32,000 nucleotides of DNA from Phycisphaera mikurensis NBRC 102666. GTDB taxonomy: Bacteria > Planctomycetota > Phycisphaerae > Phycisphaerales > Phycisphaeraceae. The DNA is taken from assembly GCF_000284115.1 (NCBI RefSeq), contig NC_017080.1, positions 3,720,001 through 3,752,000 on the forward strand. Reading direction: 5' to 3'. Below the pieces are notes generated by a model. The model did not search any database, was not told the DNA's origin, and was given only the letters and a program-made list of their open reading frames with translations. A program made the position numbers and the translations under genes. Below, in pieces: positions 24,584 to 32,000 of this stretch (position 1 is its first letter; each line of letters starts with the position of its first letter).

Positions 24584-25933
24584 ATGCCGCTGCCCCGAAC
24601 CCCCGTCGCGCGTCCGATGCGTTCCGTCTGGCTCGTGCTCGCGCTCGCCGCGTCGGCGGGCCTCGCCGCCGGGCAGGGCGCAGGCCGCGTGGCCGCCGAC
24701 GTCGAGGCGCTGCTGCGGCCGCGGCCGGGGGTGGAGGGGCCGCCGCTGGGGCAGGTCCACGCGGAGCCGCGGATTAGGGTGCGGGTGCGGGCGGGGGTGG
24801 ACCGCGTGACGCTCGGCGAGGCCGGCGCCCGCGTGGCGCTGCGCGGCGGCGGGCCGACCGGCCCGGGGTCGCTGCTCCCGGGGCCGGTGGTGCTGCGGGC
24901 GGGGGCCGGCTTCTTCGTGAGCGAGGACGCGACGGGGGCGCGGCTCCGCTGGCCGGTCGCTCGCCTGAGCGCCGCGGCCGGGTCGGCCGGGGCGCCGCTC
25001 GCGCTCGACGGCGAGCCGCACCCCGGCTCGCTGACGCTCGCGCTGCGGAGCGGCGAGCCGCGGATGGACGCGATCGAGCTCGTCGGGCTCGAGTCGTACC
25101 TGCCCGGCGTGCTCGATCGCGAGCTCTACGCCTCGTGGTCTCCGGAGGCGTTCCGGGCTCAGGCCATCGCCGCCCGCAGCTACGCGATCTGGGAGGTGGA
25201 GCTCACGCGGCGGGCAGCCGGCGGCGACCCCGGCTTCGACCTCGAGAACACCACCGCGAGCCAGGCCTACGGCGGCGTCGCCAAGAACCCCAAAGCCGCC
25301 GACGGCGTCGCGGCCACCCGCGGCGTGGTGCTCGCGTACGGCGGCCGGGTGCTGCCGGCCTTCTACTGCTCGGCCGTGGGCGGGCCGGGCGCCGACGCGG
25401 CCCAGACCTTCCCGGGGCGGGCGCCCGACCTGGCCCCGCTGCGCGGGAGCGACCACGGCGGACGCGACGCGGCGAGCCCCCGGTTCGGCTGGGGCCCGGT
25501 CACGCGGGACCGCCGCGAGCTCGCCCGGCGGATCGCCGCCTGGGGCGCCGCGAACCAGAACCCCGTGGCGGGGCTGCGGGTGCTGGAGGCGATCGAGCCC
25601 GCCGCCACCAACTTCGTCGGCCGGCTCGCCGCGTACCGCCTGCGCGACGCCTCGGGCGCCGCGTTCCTGCTCCGCGCCGACGAGCTGCGGCACGCCGCCA
25701 ACGCCGCCGCGCCCGGCCTGCCCGCCGCCGCCGGCGACGACCGGCTCTTCTCCGGCGACTTCGCCGTCCGCCGCGGGGGCGAGGCCTTCACCTTCTCGCG
25801 GGGCCGCGGCTTCGGTCACGGCGTGGGCCTGAGCCAGTGGGGCGCGCAGGGGATGGCGGCGCGGGGCTTCGCCCACCCCGCGATCCTCGCCGCCTACTAC
25901 CCGGGGGCGACGCTCGCGCGGGCCTATCGCTGA
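24584..25933 (+). CDS. SpoIID/LytB domain-containing protein (cell-wall amidase enhancer-like), about 449 aa
   Basis: This is an internal Met of track ORF 23879..25933, and ATG 24617 is an alternative start. The signal peptide is MRSVWLVLALAASAGLAAG. Motifs are LESYLPGVLDRE...AFRAQAIAARSYA and GRGFGHGVGLSQWGAQGMA. Confidence 0.85.
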   Translation: MPLPRTPVARPMRSVWLVLALAASAGLAAGQGAGRVAADVEALLRPRPGVEGPPLGQVHAEPRIRVRVRAGVDRVTLGEAGARVALRGGGPTGPGSLLPGPVVLRAGAGFFVSEDATGARLRWPVARLSAAAGSAGAPLALDGEPHPGSLTLALRSGEPRMDAIELVGLESYLPGVLDRELYASWSPEAFRAQAIAARSYAIWEVELTRRAAGGDPGFDLENTTASQAYGGVAKNPKAADGVAATRGVVLAYGGRVLPAFYCSAVGGPGADAAQTFPGRAPDLAPLRGSDHGGRDAASPRFGWGPVTRDRRELARRIAAWGAANQNPVAGLRVLEAIEPAATNFVGRLAAYRLRDASGAAFLLRADELRHAANAAAPGLPAAAGDDRLFSGDFAVRRGGEAFTFSRGRGFGHGVGLSQWGAQGMAARGFAHPAILAAYYPGATLARAYR

Positions 25934-25992
25934 CGCGCGACCCGCGACGCGGGGCGGCGCAGCCCCCGCGTCCCCGCGTCCCCGCGTCCCCG

Positions 25993-26038
25993 CCGCGGAC
26001 CGTCGGCGGTTCGGGCGCCCCGAGTCCGCGGTCCGCGG
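25993..26038. repeat. IR10-N26 element copy E, between convergent genes; a possible bidirectional terminator
   Basis: CCGCGGACCG at 25993-26002 and CGGTCCGCGG at 26029-26038. The spacer is 26 nt. It sits between the stops at 25933 (+) and 26043 (-). Confidence 0.8.
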
Positions 26039-26042
26039 AGGT

Positions 26043-27434
26043 TCAGTTCGTCGCGCCGGCTCCGCGGGCCCGCAGCCGGTCGGCGACGTTGAACATGGCC
26101 CGGACCGTGTGGTACGGGCCCTTCCAGGCGTTCGCCTTGCCCTCGGGCCCGGCGGGCGTGCCGTCGGCCGCGGTCGACCAGCGCCAGCCGCCGAGCCGGT
26201 GGTCGATCAGGTGGTCGACGCTGAACGCCCACGTGGCGGCGAAGGCGTCGCGGTACGCGGGCGTCTCGTCGCCGAAGAGGTCGTCCATCAGGAGCAGCGC
26301 GTGGGCCGCCTCGGCCTGCGCCCACCAGACCTTCGTCTCGCTGGTGGGCGGGCCGAAGGCGGGGCCGGCGTCGAAGACGCCGCCGTGCTCCGGGTCGAGG
26401 CCCCAGCGGATCGCGTGGTCGGCCAGCGCCCGCGCCACGGGCAGCGTCCGCTCGATCTCGTCGGGGCCCAGCCGCTCCGCCGCGTCCAGCAGCAGGTAGG
26501 CCGACTCCAGGTCGTGCCCGTAGGAGCCCGACGAGGGCACCGCCCGCCAGTCGGGCGTGAAGAAGAGGTTCATCGCCCCCGGCTCCACCGTCACGGTGTC
26601 CCGCAGCAGCCCGAGCAGCTCGGCCAGCCGCTCCGCCAGTTCCGGGTCGGGCCAGGCCCGGTGCAGCTCGGCGTACGCCTCCATCAGGTGGAGGTGCGTG
26701 TTCATGGATTTGAAGCCGTACGCCGTGCCGATGACGTCGCTCCCGTCGCGGTCCCAAGCCGGGGCCTCGAGGATCGGCGTGCCGTCGCGCAGGAAGGCCT
26801 CGCGGTAGCCGCGGTGGTCCGGGTCGCGCGCGACTCGCTCGATCCAGCGGAAGCCGTCCTTCGCCAGTTCCAGCGCGGCGGCGTCGCCGAGCGTGCGCGC
26901 CGCGTTGGCGGCGGCGTACACCGCGAAGGACACGCCGTAGAGGTGCTTCTGCCCCGCCTCGGCATCGGGCTCCCCGGCGGCGGAGGTGTCGATCGACCAG
27001 AAGAAGCCGCCCTCACGCGGGTCGCTCAGCGGGCCGGCGAGCAGCTCCAGCCCGTGGCGTGCGAGGGCCTCGGCCTCGTCGACGGCGCCCGGCCGCTGCC
27101 GCGCGGCCTGCGCCAGCGTCCAGATCACCCGCGACTGGTAGACGAGCGTCTTCACCGGGCTCGGGGTCGGGGTCCAGCCGTTGTCGAGGTCGGTGTGGAA
27201 GCCGCCGTGCTCCCGATCGACCGCGTGCTCGGCGAAGGCGCGGATCTCCGCCAGGCCCGCCGCGTCGAACGCGGCGGCGGCCGGGAGCGCGAGCCCACCC
27301 TCCGCGGGAGGCGCGGTCTCGGCCGCCGCGGGGAATGCGGCTTCGCCCGAGGCGGTTGGGGCCGCGGCGACCGGGAGCCACACGAGCGCGGCCACGAAGA
27401 GCAGGCGAGGACGGCGGGGTCTGGGCGAGATCAT
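26043..27434 (-). CDS. N-acylglucosamine 2-epimerase (AGE) superfamily protein, secreted, 463 aa
   Basis: This is an internal ATG of track ORF 26043..28700; the upstream part of that ORF is antisense to the LacI gene. The signal peptide is MISPRPRRPRLLFVAALVWLPVAAA. Blocks typical of the (alpha/alpha)6 fold are KHLYGVSFAVYAAA, KSMNTHLHLMEAY, YGHDLESAYLLLDA and KVWWAQAEA. Confidence 0.75.
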   Translation of the reverse strand: MISPRPRRPRLLFVAALVWLPVAAAPTASGEAAFPAAAETAPPAEGGLALPAAAAFDAAGLAEIRAFAEHAVDREHGGFHTDLDNGWTPTPSPVKTLVYQSRVIWTLAQAARQRPGAVDEAEALARHGLELLAGPLSDPREGGFFWSIDTSAAGEPDAEAGQKHLYGVSFAVYAAANAARTLGDAAALELAKDGFRWIERVARDPDHRGYREAFLRDGTPILEAPAWDRDGSDVIGTAYGFKSMNTHLHLMEAYAELHRAWPDPELAERLAELLGLLRDTVTVEPGAMNLFFTPDWRAVPSSGSYGHDLESAYLLLDAAERLGPDEIERTLPVARALADHAIRWGLDPEHGGVFDAGPAFGPPTSETKVWWAQAEAAHALLLMDDLFGDETPAYRDAFAATWAFSVDHLIDHRLGGWRWSTAADGTPAGPEGKANAWKGPYHTVRAMFNVADRLRARGAGATN

Positions 27435-27663
27435 GACGGGATCGGCGAGAGGCGGAGCGGGCACCAGGTCATACCACGCCGCACGCCCGCGACGCAAGCA
27501 TTTTCTAAAGAAGCCCGGATCCAGCGCCGCCCGGCCGGTCCGGCGAGTGCTCGTGGCCACGCGGTTCACGGGACCGTCTCCGGCGTAGGATGAGAGATCC
27601 GTCACGATCGGGTGCGCTGGAGCGAAGGATGCTTCCCGCCGCCGCGGCCACGAAACGGATTTC

Positions 27664-27692
27664 TTGACGCGCGGCGGCCGGGGGTTTAGATT
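27664..27692 (+). promoter_or_regulatory. Sigma70-type promoter placed so that the LacI-family gene would be leaderless
   Basis: TTGACG (27664-27669), a 17-nt spacer, TAGATT (27687-27692), then 6 nt (ccgcac) and the GTG start at 27699. No Shine-Dalgarno sequence is present. Confidence 0.6.
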
Positions 27693-27698
27693 CCGCAC

Positions 27699-28715
27699 GT
27701 GGCCCGCACCGGATCCCCCTCGCTCGCTGAAGTCGCCCGCCTCTCCGGGGTGTCGCCCTCGACGGTGAGCCGGGTGCTGAACCGCCACACCGAGAACTTC
27801 TCGGTGAAGGAAGAGACCCGGAAGCGGATCCTCGAGGCGGTCGACACGCTCGGCTACCGGGCCAACCCGATCACCCGCTCGATCCGGGCGAAGCAGACCA
27901 ACCTCATCGCCGTGCTGGGCATGCGGGACTTCGGCACCGCCATCCGCGGCGGCACCGAGATCGCGGTGAACGCCTTCATGCAGGCGGTCTACGCCGAGGG
28001 GTTCGAGCTCTGCACGAACATCATGAGCCCCAAGGAGCCGCCCTTCGTGCTCCCGCCCTGGCGGACCGACGCGGCCCTCGCGGTCGACGTCTCCGACGCC
28101 AAGCAGGTGGCCTGGCTCGAGGACGGCGACACGCCCTACGTCGTGCTCAACGGGCCGGCCGGCCCGACGGGCTCCTCGGTGCAAGCCGACGACACCGCCG
28201 GCGTCCACGAAGCCGTCCTGCACCTGGTGGTTCTGGGCCACAAGCGGATCGCTTTCGCGATGCCCGACACCTTCGACTGGCACGAGTCGCTGCTCAGCCG
28301 GCACCAGGCCTACCTCGCCAGCCTGCACAGCTTCGGCCTGAAGCCGGTGAACCCCGAGTTCAAGCCCGGCCTCAGCCCGCTGGACGTCGTCCGCCGCACG
28401 GTGATGCAGGGCGAGGCGACCGCGATCCTCTCGTACAACCACCTGATGGCGGTGAAGCTGCTGCGGGCCTGCTCGGCCATGGAGATCCGCGTCCCCCGCG
28501 ACGTCAGCCTCGTCTGCTTCAACGACCTCTTCCCCTGCGAGGACCTGGTGCCCTCGCTGACCGCGATGGCGCTGCCGAGCCGCGAGATGGGCATCCACGC
28601 GGCCGAGATCGTGCTGCGGCAGATCCGCGCCGACGGGCCGATCGAGCCCGAGCTGGTCCGCCTGCCCGAGGCGCTGGTGATCCGCGAGTCGACCGCCCAC
28701 CCGCCGGGCGACTGA
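27699..28715 (+). CDS. LacI family transcriptional regulator, 338 aa
   Basis: The N-terminal HTH is [21 protein letters not shown], followed by a periplasmic-binding-protein-like sugar-binding core. The start codon is GTG. Confidence 0.9.
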   Translation: MARTGSPSLAEVARLSGVSPSTVSRVLNRHTENFSVKEETRKRILEAVDTLGYRANPITRSIRAKQTNLIAVLGMRDFGTAIRGGTEIAVNAFMQAVYAEGFELCTNIMSPKEPPFVLPPWRTDAALAVDVSDAKQVAWLEDGDTPYVVLNGPAGPTGSSVQADDTAGVHEAVLHLVVLGHKRIAFAMPDTFDWHESLLSRHQAYLASLHSFGLKPVNPEFKPGLSPLDVVRRTVMQGEATAILSYNHLMAVKLLRACSAMEIRVPRDVSLVCFNDLFPCEDLVPSLTAMALPSREMGIHAAEIVLRQIRADGPIEPELVRLPEALVIRESTAHPPGD

Positions 28716-28830
28716 ACGTCTTCTGCTCCGGCCGCTTCACGGCCTCTTCCTCTCCCCGTCGCCGCGGTCGCGGCGGCTCCCGAACCCCCTCCGCGGCGGC
28801 CCGCCCGTCGCCCCTGCTCAGGACTCCGAC

Positions 28831-29688
28831 ATGACACGCTCTTCCCGGGCTTCCGGCGCCTTCACCCTCATCGAGTTGCTCGTGGTGATCTCCATCATCG
28901 CGCTGCTCATCGGCATCCTGCTGCCGGCGCTGGGCGCCGCACGCGAGACGGCGCGGACGGCCGCCTGCTTGTCGAATCTGCGGCAGGTTTCGATCGGCAC
29001 CTACGCCTACGCGACCGATTCGAGGAGCTTCGTCGCCCCGCCTTCCGAGGACAACACCCGCAAGATCGGCCCGCAGGGCTTCGCCGGCGTCTACTGGTGG
29101 AACCGCCTGGACGAGCTCGACTACGTGCAGGCCACCGAAGGATTCGACTCGGGCTTCATGTGCCCGGCGGGCCTGAAGGAGGTCGCCAACACCTCGCTGG
29201 GCGGCCCGAAGAACTGGTTCGACCCGCCGCTGTCGCAGACCGACGAGCACGGGGCCCGGTACGTCGCGGAGTTCGACATCCGCAACACCCAGCGGCAGGC
29301 CAACAACTACGGCTACAACGCCTACGACGGCGGCTTCGGCGACTTCAACTGGGGCGGCAAGAACATCCGCAGCTACTTCCCCGCCGCGATCATCCCGGTG
29401 AGCGGCCGGAACCACCAAGCGAGCCTCGACGCGGTGAAGGACCAGACCACGCTGCTGCTCGCGTTCGACGGCCTCATGTTCTTCCGCGCCGACAGCAACC
29501 GCCTCAACCGACGCCACGCCGGGGGCAGCGTGATGAACGCGTCCTACGTGGACGGACACGCGAGCAGCGTGGTCGCGGGCGCGATGCCGACGGACGACGA
29601 CCCTTCCTTCCCCGGCTACACCGCCCCCAAGCTCGCCAACGAGGGCAACGACTGGGACTTCCGGGTCATCGTCAAGAACCCGTTCTGA
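28831..29688 (+). CDS. Prepilin-type N-terminal cleavage/methylation domain protein (DUF1559-like pseudopilin), 285 aa
   Basis: [26 protein letters not shown] is the N-methylation motif plus hydrophobic helix. The C-terminal H-x(n)-DG-like motif is [15 protein letters not shown]. Confidence 0.9.
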   Translation: MTRSSRASGAFTLIELLVVISIIALLIGILLPALGAARETARTAACLSNLRQVSIGTYAYATDSRSFVAPPSEDNTRKIGPQGFAGVYWWNRLDELDYVQATEGFDSGFMCPAGLKEVANTSLGGPKNWFDPPLSQTDEHGARYVAEFDIRNTQRQANNYGYNAYDGGFGDFNWGGKNIRSYFPAAIIPVSGRNHQASLDAVKDQTTLLLAFDGLMFFRADSNRLNRRHAGGSVMNASYVDGHASSVVAGAMPTDDDPSFPGYTAPKLANEGNDWDFRVIVKNPF

Positions 29689-29796
29689 CCGCTCTCGCGG
29701 CCGCGGGCCGCTGCTGTTCCTTTCTCACTTGCGGGGGCCGCCGTGGTCGTCGCGTCAACCCCGCCCGGGTCGCCGGGCACCCTTGGAGATTCCGAC

Positions 29797-30390
29797 ATGA
29801 CCTCACGCTTCCCCCGTCTCCTGGCTCCCGTCGCCGCCGCCGCCCTGGCGGCGGTCCCCGCGGCCGCGGCCCCTTTCACGCCCACCCAGGCCCAGCTCGG
29901 CGGCCTGGTCACCGGCTTCGACGGGGTCGTCCTCACCAACACCAACGAGGCCGGCGGCACGGGTGTCGTGCTGACGGCCGACCCGACCGACAACGGCGGC
30001 TTCAGCCGCGTCGTCGCGCAGCTGCCCAGCTTCGACCAGGACCTCTCGGCCTTCGCGTCGTTCGACCTGGAGATCGAGCTCGCCGCCGGGTCGACGGGCA
30101 TCGACAGCGTCTCGTCCTTCATCCAGACCGGGCCCGCCTTCACCTTCGAGCAGTCGGCCGCCGTGTCGCTCAGCCCCGGCGTGGCCGTGCCGGTCTCGCT
30201 GGACTTCTCCGGCACCACCGGCGACCTCACCGCCGTCCGGCAGATCGGCCTGCAGTTCTTCGGCCCCGGCGGCGCCGCCGCGCCCGGCCAGGTCATCACG
30301 ATCCGCCCGATCCCCGAGCCCGCCTCGCTGGCGACGCTGGGCGTCCTCGGCGGTGCGGCGTTGCTGCGTCGCCGGCGCCGCGGAGCCTGA
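29797..30390 (+). CDS. PEP-CTERM sorting-domain secreted protein, 197 aa
   Basis: This is an internal ATG of track ORF 29743..30390. The signal peptide is MTSRFPRLLAPVAAAALAAVPAAAA. The C-terminus is PIPEPASLATLGVLGGAALLRRRRRGA (PEP motif, TM helix, Arg cluster). Confidence 0.85.
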   Translation: MTSRFPRLLAPVAAAALAAVPAAAAPFTPTQAQLGGLVTGFDGVVLTNTNEAGGTGVVLTADPTDNGGFSRVVAQLPSFDQDLSAFASFDLEIELAAGSTGIDSVSSFIQTGPAFTFEQSAAVSLSPGVAVPVSLDFSGTTGDLTAVRQIGLQFFGPGGAAAPGQVITIRPIPEPASLATLGVLGGAALLRRRRRGA

Positions 30391-30554
30391 CCGTCCGCTT
30401 CCCTGAGGGTCCCACCCGGCCCGCACCCGTTCGCCGTCGGCAAACGCCGCCGGCGCACCCTCGCCCCGCTCCCGTCCGCGTCCGCTTGTGCTCAAGCGGC
30501 CAACCCCGCTCCCCCCGGCGCGCCTCCGCGGCGCGCCGCAGCCGCCGCTGTCCC

Positions 30555-32000
30555 ATGCGCCCCACCGCCCTGCTCCCTCGCGTCCTCGTCGCTCTGGCCG
30601 CCGCCGGTCCCGTCGCGGCCGGCCCGGCTCTTCAAGCCACCGAGCCCGCCTTCGGCTGGGTGCCCGGCGTCCGCCTCGGCGGCGAGACCGTCTTCGACGA
30701 GCTGAACCTCCGGCTCAACGAGGCCGGGGGCGGGGCGAGCCTGCTCCGCTTCCAGAACGCCACGGCGGACGCGGGCTCGACCGCCGCGGCACAGGCGAGC
30801 GGACGTCTCCTCGACGCCGACGCCCGCTTCACCTGGTCGCTGGAGCGTGAGGCCGGGCCCGGCCTGCTGGACGGCCTGCGGATCCACCAGGCCATCGTGC
30901 CCGGCGAAGACTTCCGCCGCGGCGACACCGTCACCCGCCTGCTGGTCCCCGCGGGGCTCGTCGCGGGCCGCCCGTGGCGGAAGGGCAACGGGGCCAACGA
31001 GGCCGGGGCCTTCCCGGAGTCGAAGCCGAGCGACGGGCACGTGCTGCTGGAGGGCTCGTCGGAGTGGATCGCCTGGCAGCTGCCCGATGCCCGATGGATC
31101 CGCGTCCGACCGGACGCGCCGTCGGTCATGCGGTGGCAGCTGCAGGACAACCGGGTCTTCGACGACGATCGTTTCGAGCTGCAGCTGTACGGCCGTGGCG
31201 GCGGCGGCATCGCGGCGGCCGGGACGCCCATCGACGTGCGCTACACGATCGACCTGATGGACGACGCGGCGCTGCAAGCCGCTTACGCCGCGCCGCCCGA
31301 AGCGCCGGCCGTCGACCGCGGCCCCGGCGTCGCGATGCTCGTGGGCGAAGGCCCGGCCGGGTTCCGGGGCCTCGAGCGGCTCGCCGGTGCCGACGCGGTG
31401 GCCGACCTCGTCGAGTTCCGCATCGACCTCGACGCCGACTACCAGAACCCCTTCGACCCGGAGGACGTGCGGCTCGACGCCGAGATCACCGGTCCCGACG
31501 GGCGAACCCGCACCGTGCCCGCCTTCTTCCAGGTCGGGTACGAGCGTGCGCTGCGCGGCGACGAGGAGGTGCTCATCGGCACCGGCGAGCACGGCTGGCG
31601 GCTTCGCTTCCGCCCGGACCGTCCCGGCACCCACAGCCTGCGGCTGAGCCTCGACGACGGCGAGAACGCGGTCCGCTCCACGCCGACGACCTTCCACGTG
31701 GACGGCCCCTTCACCCGCGCCGCGTTCATCCGCATCAGCCCCGAAAACCGCTTCGCCTTCGCCACCGCCGGCGGAGAGCCCTACGTGCCCATCGGCCTCA
31801 ACACCGCGTGGCCCGGCAGCGGCGGCACGCACGCGTACGACCGCTGGTGGGCGGACCTCGCCGACCACGGCGGCAACTTCGCGCGGATCTGGCTCGCCCC
31901 GACCTTCAACCGGCTCGGGCTGGAGCGTCCCGAGAAGGAGGGCGTGCCCTCCTCCGGCGTCGGGCGCATCGACCAGCAGGCCGCGGCCCGCGTCGACTAC
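30555..32000 (+). CDS. Secreted putative glycoside hydrolase with a DUF5060-like N-terminal domain; partial, continues past the right edge
   Basis: Absent from the ORF track because there is no stop in the window. My manual translation from ATG 30555 is open for 482 codons to position 32000. The signal peptide is MRPTALLPRVLVALAAAGPVAA. DYQNPFDPEDVRLDAEITGPDGRTRTVPAFF resembles DUF5060, followed by PYVPIGLNTAWPG...FARIWL. The opposite-strand ORF 30492..31868 is noise. Confidence 0.7.
   Translation, partial: MRPTALLPRVLVALAAAGPVAAGPALQATEPAFGWVPGVRLGGETVFDELNLRLNEAGGGASLLRFQNATADAGSTAAAQASGRLLDADARFTWSLEREAGPGLLDGLRIHQAIVPGEDFRRGDTVTRLLVPAGLVAGRPWRKGNGANEAGAFPESKPSDGHVLLEGSSEWIAWQLPDARWIRVRPDAPSVMRWQLQDNRVFDDDRFELQLYGRGGGGIAAAGTPIDVRYTIDLMDDAALQAAYAAPPEAPAVDRGPGVAMLVGEGPAGFRGLERLAGADAVADLVEFRIDLDADYQNPFDPEDVRLDAEITGPDGRTRTVPAFFQVGYERALRGDEEVLIGTGEHGWRLRFRPDRPGTHSLRLSLDDGENAVRSTPTTFHVDGPFTRAAFIRISPENRFAFATAGGEPYVPIGLNTAWPGSGGTHAYDRWWADLADHGGNFARIWLAPTFNRLGLERPEKEGVPSSGVGRIDQQAAARVDY

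Noticed and set aside
25945-25992. A hairpin GACGCGGGG/CCCCGCGTC followed by two extra direct copies of CCCCGCGT after the SpoIID-like stop, considered as a distinct repeat element.
   Set aside because: It is short, local and seen only once in the window. It is most simply a GC-rich terminator-like hairpin adjacent to IR10-N26 copy E.

Overview
This is very GC-rich bacterial chromosomal DNA; 60-nt lines I hand-counted in typical genes are about 72% G+C. The gene content suggests a Planctomycetota/Phycisphaerae-like organism, which is inference only. That content includes a DUF1559-like pseudopilin, a PEP-CTERM protein, an LEQRVLLS N-terminal motif on a giant BNR protein, an HDOD protein and secreted CAZyme-like proteins.

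Positions 1-12741 read as an accessory/defence island. In order it holds:
- a partial SNF2 helicase and an unknown gene (minus strand);
- a 5 x 42-bp tandem array;
- a DUF433/VapB45-like antitoxin gene followed by a decayed PIN-like toxin stub;
- two unknown translationally coupled genes;
- a Type III restriction-modification pair (mod, res);
- an unknown protein with two C-x2-C-x11-H-x4-[C/H] fingers, a small unknown gene and an Rx4H (HEPN-like) protein.

Positions 12768-32000 look core-like:
- a CIA30-like secreted protein, a 1247-aa BNR/Asp-box plus CBM secreted protein, a 2-hydroxyacid dehydrogenase and an HDOD protein;
- recJ, an isocitrate dehydrogenase-like gene, a wHTH regulator, a SpoIID-like protein and an AGE-family epimerase;
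- a LacI regulator, pseudopilin, PEP-CTERM protein and a partial DUF5060-like glycosidase.

No rRNA, tRNA, CRISPR array, integrase or transposase was recognised.

The most unusual signals are non-genic:
1. A dispersed family of perfect 10-bp inverted repeats, CCGCGGACCG-N26-CGGTCCGCGG. The spacer length is invariant at 26 nt while the spacer sequence varies, and every copy is intergenic.
2. Two clusters of 22-nt palindromes (REP/BIME-like) bracket a two-gene module.
3. A 42-bp phased array with an invariant CGCGTT core.
4. TAnnnT hexamers lie exactly 6 nt upstream of several start codons, an architecture typical of leaderless mRNAs. This includes a 17-nt block that is identical upstream of two unrelated genes.

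Many very long ORFs in the supplied track are antisense or off-frame artefacts of the high GC content.
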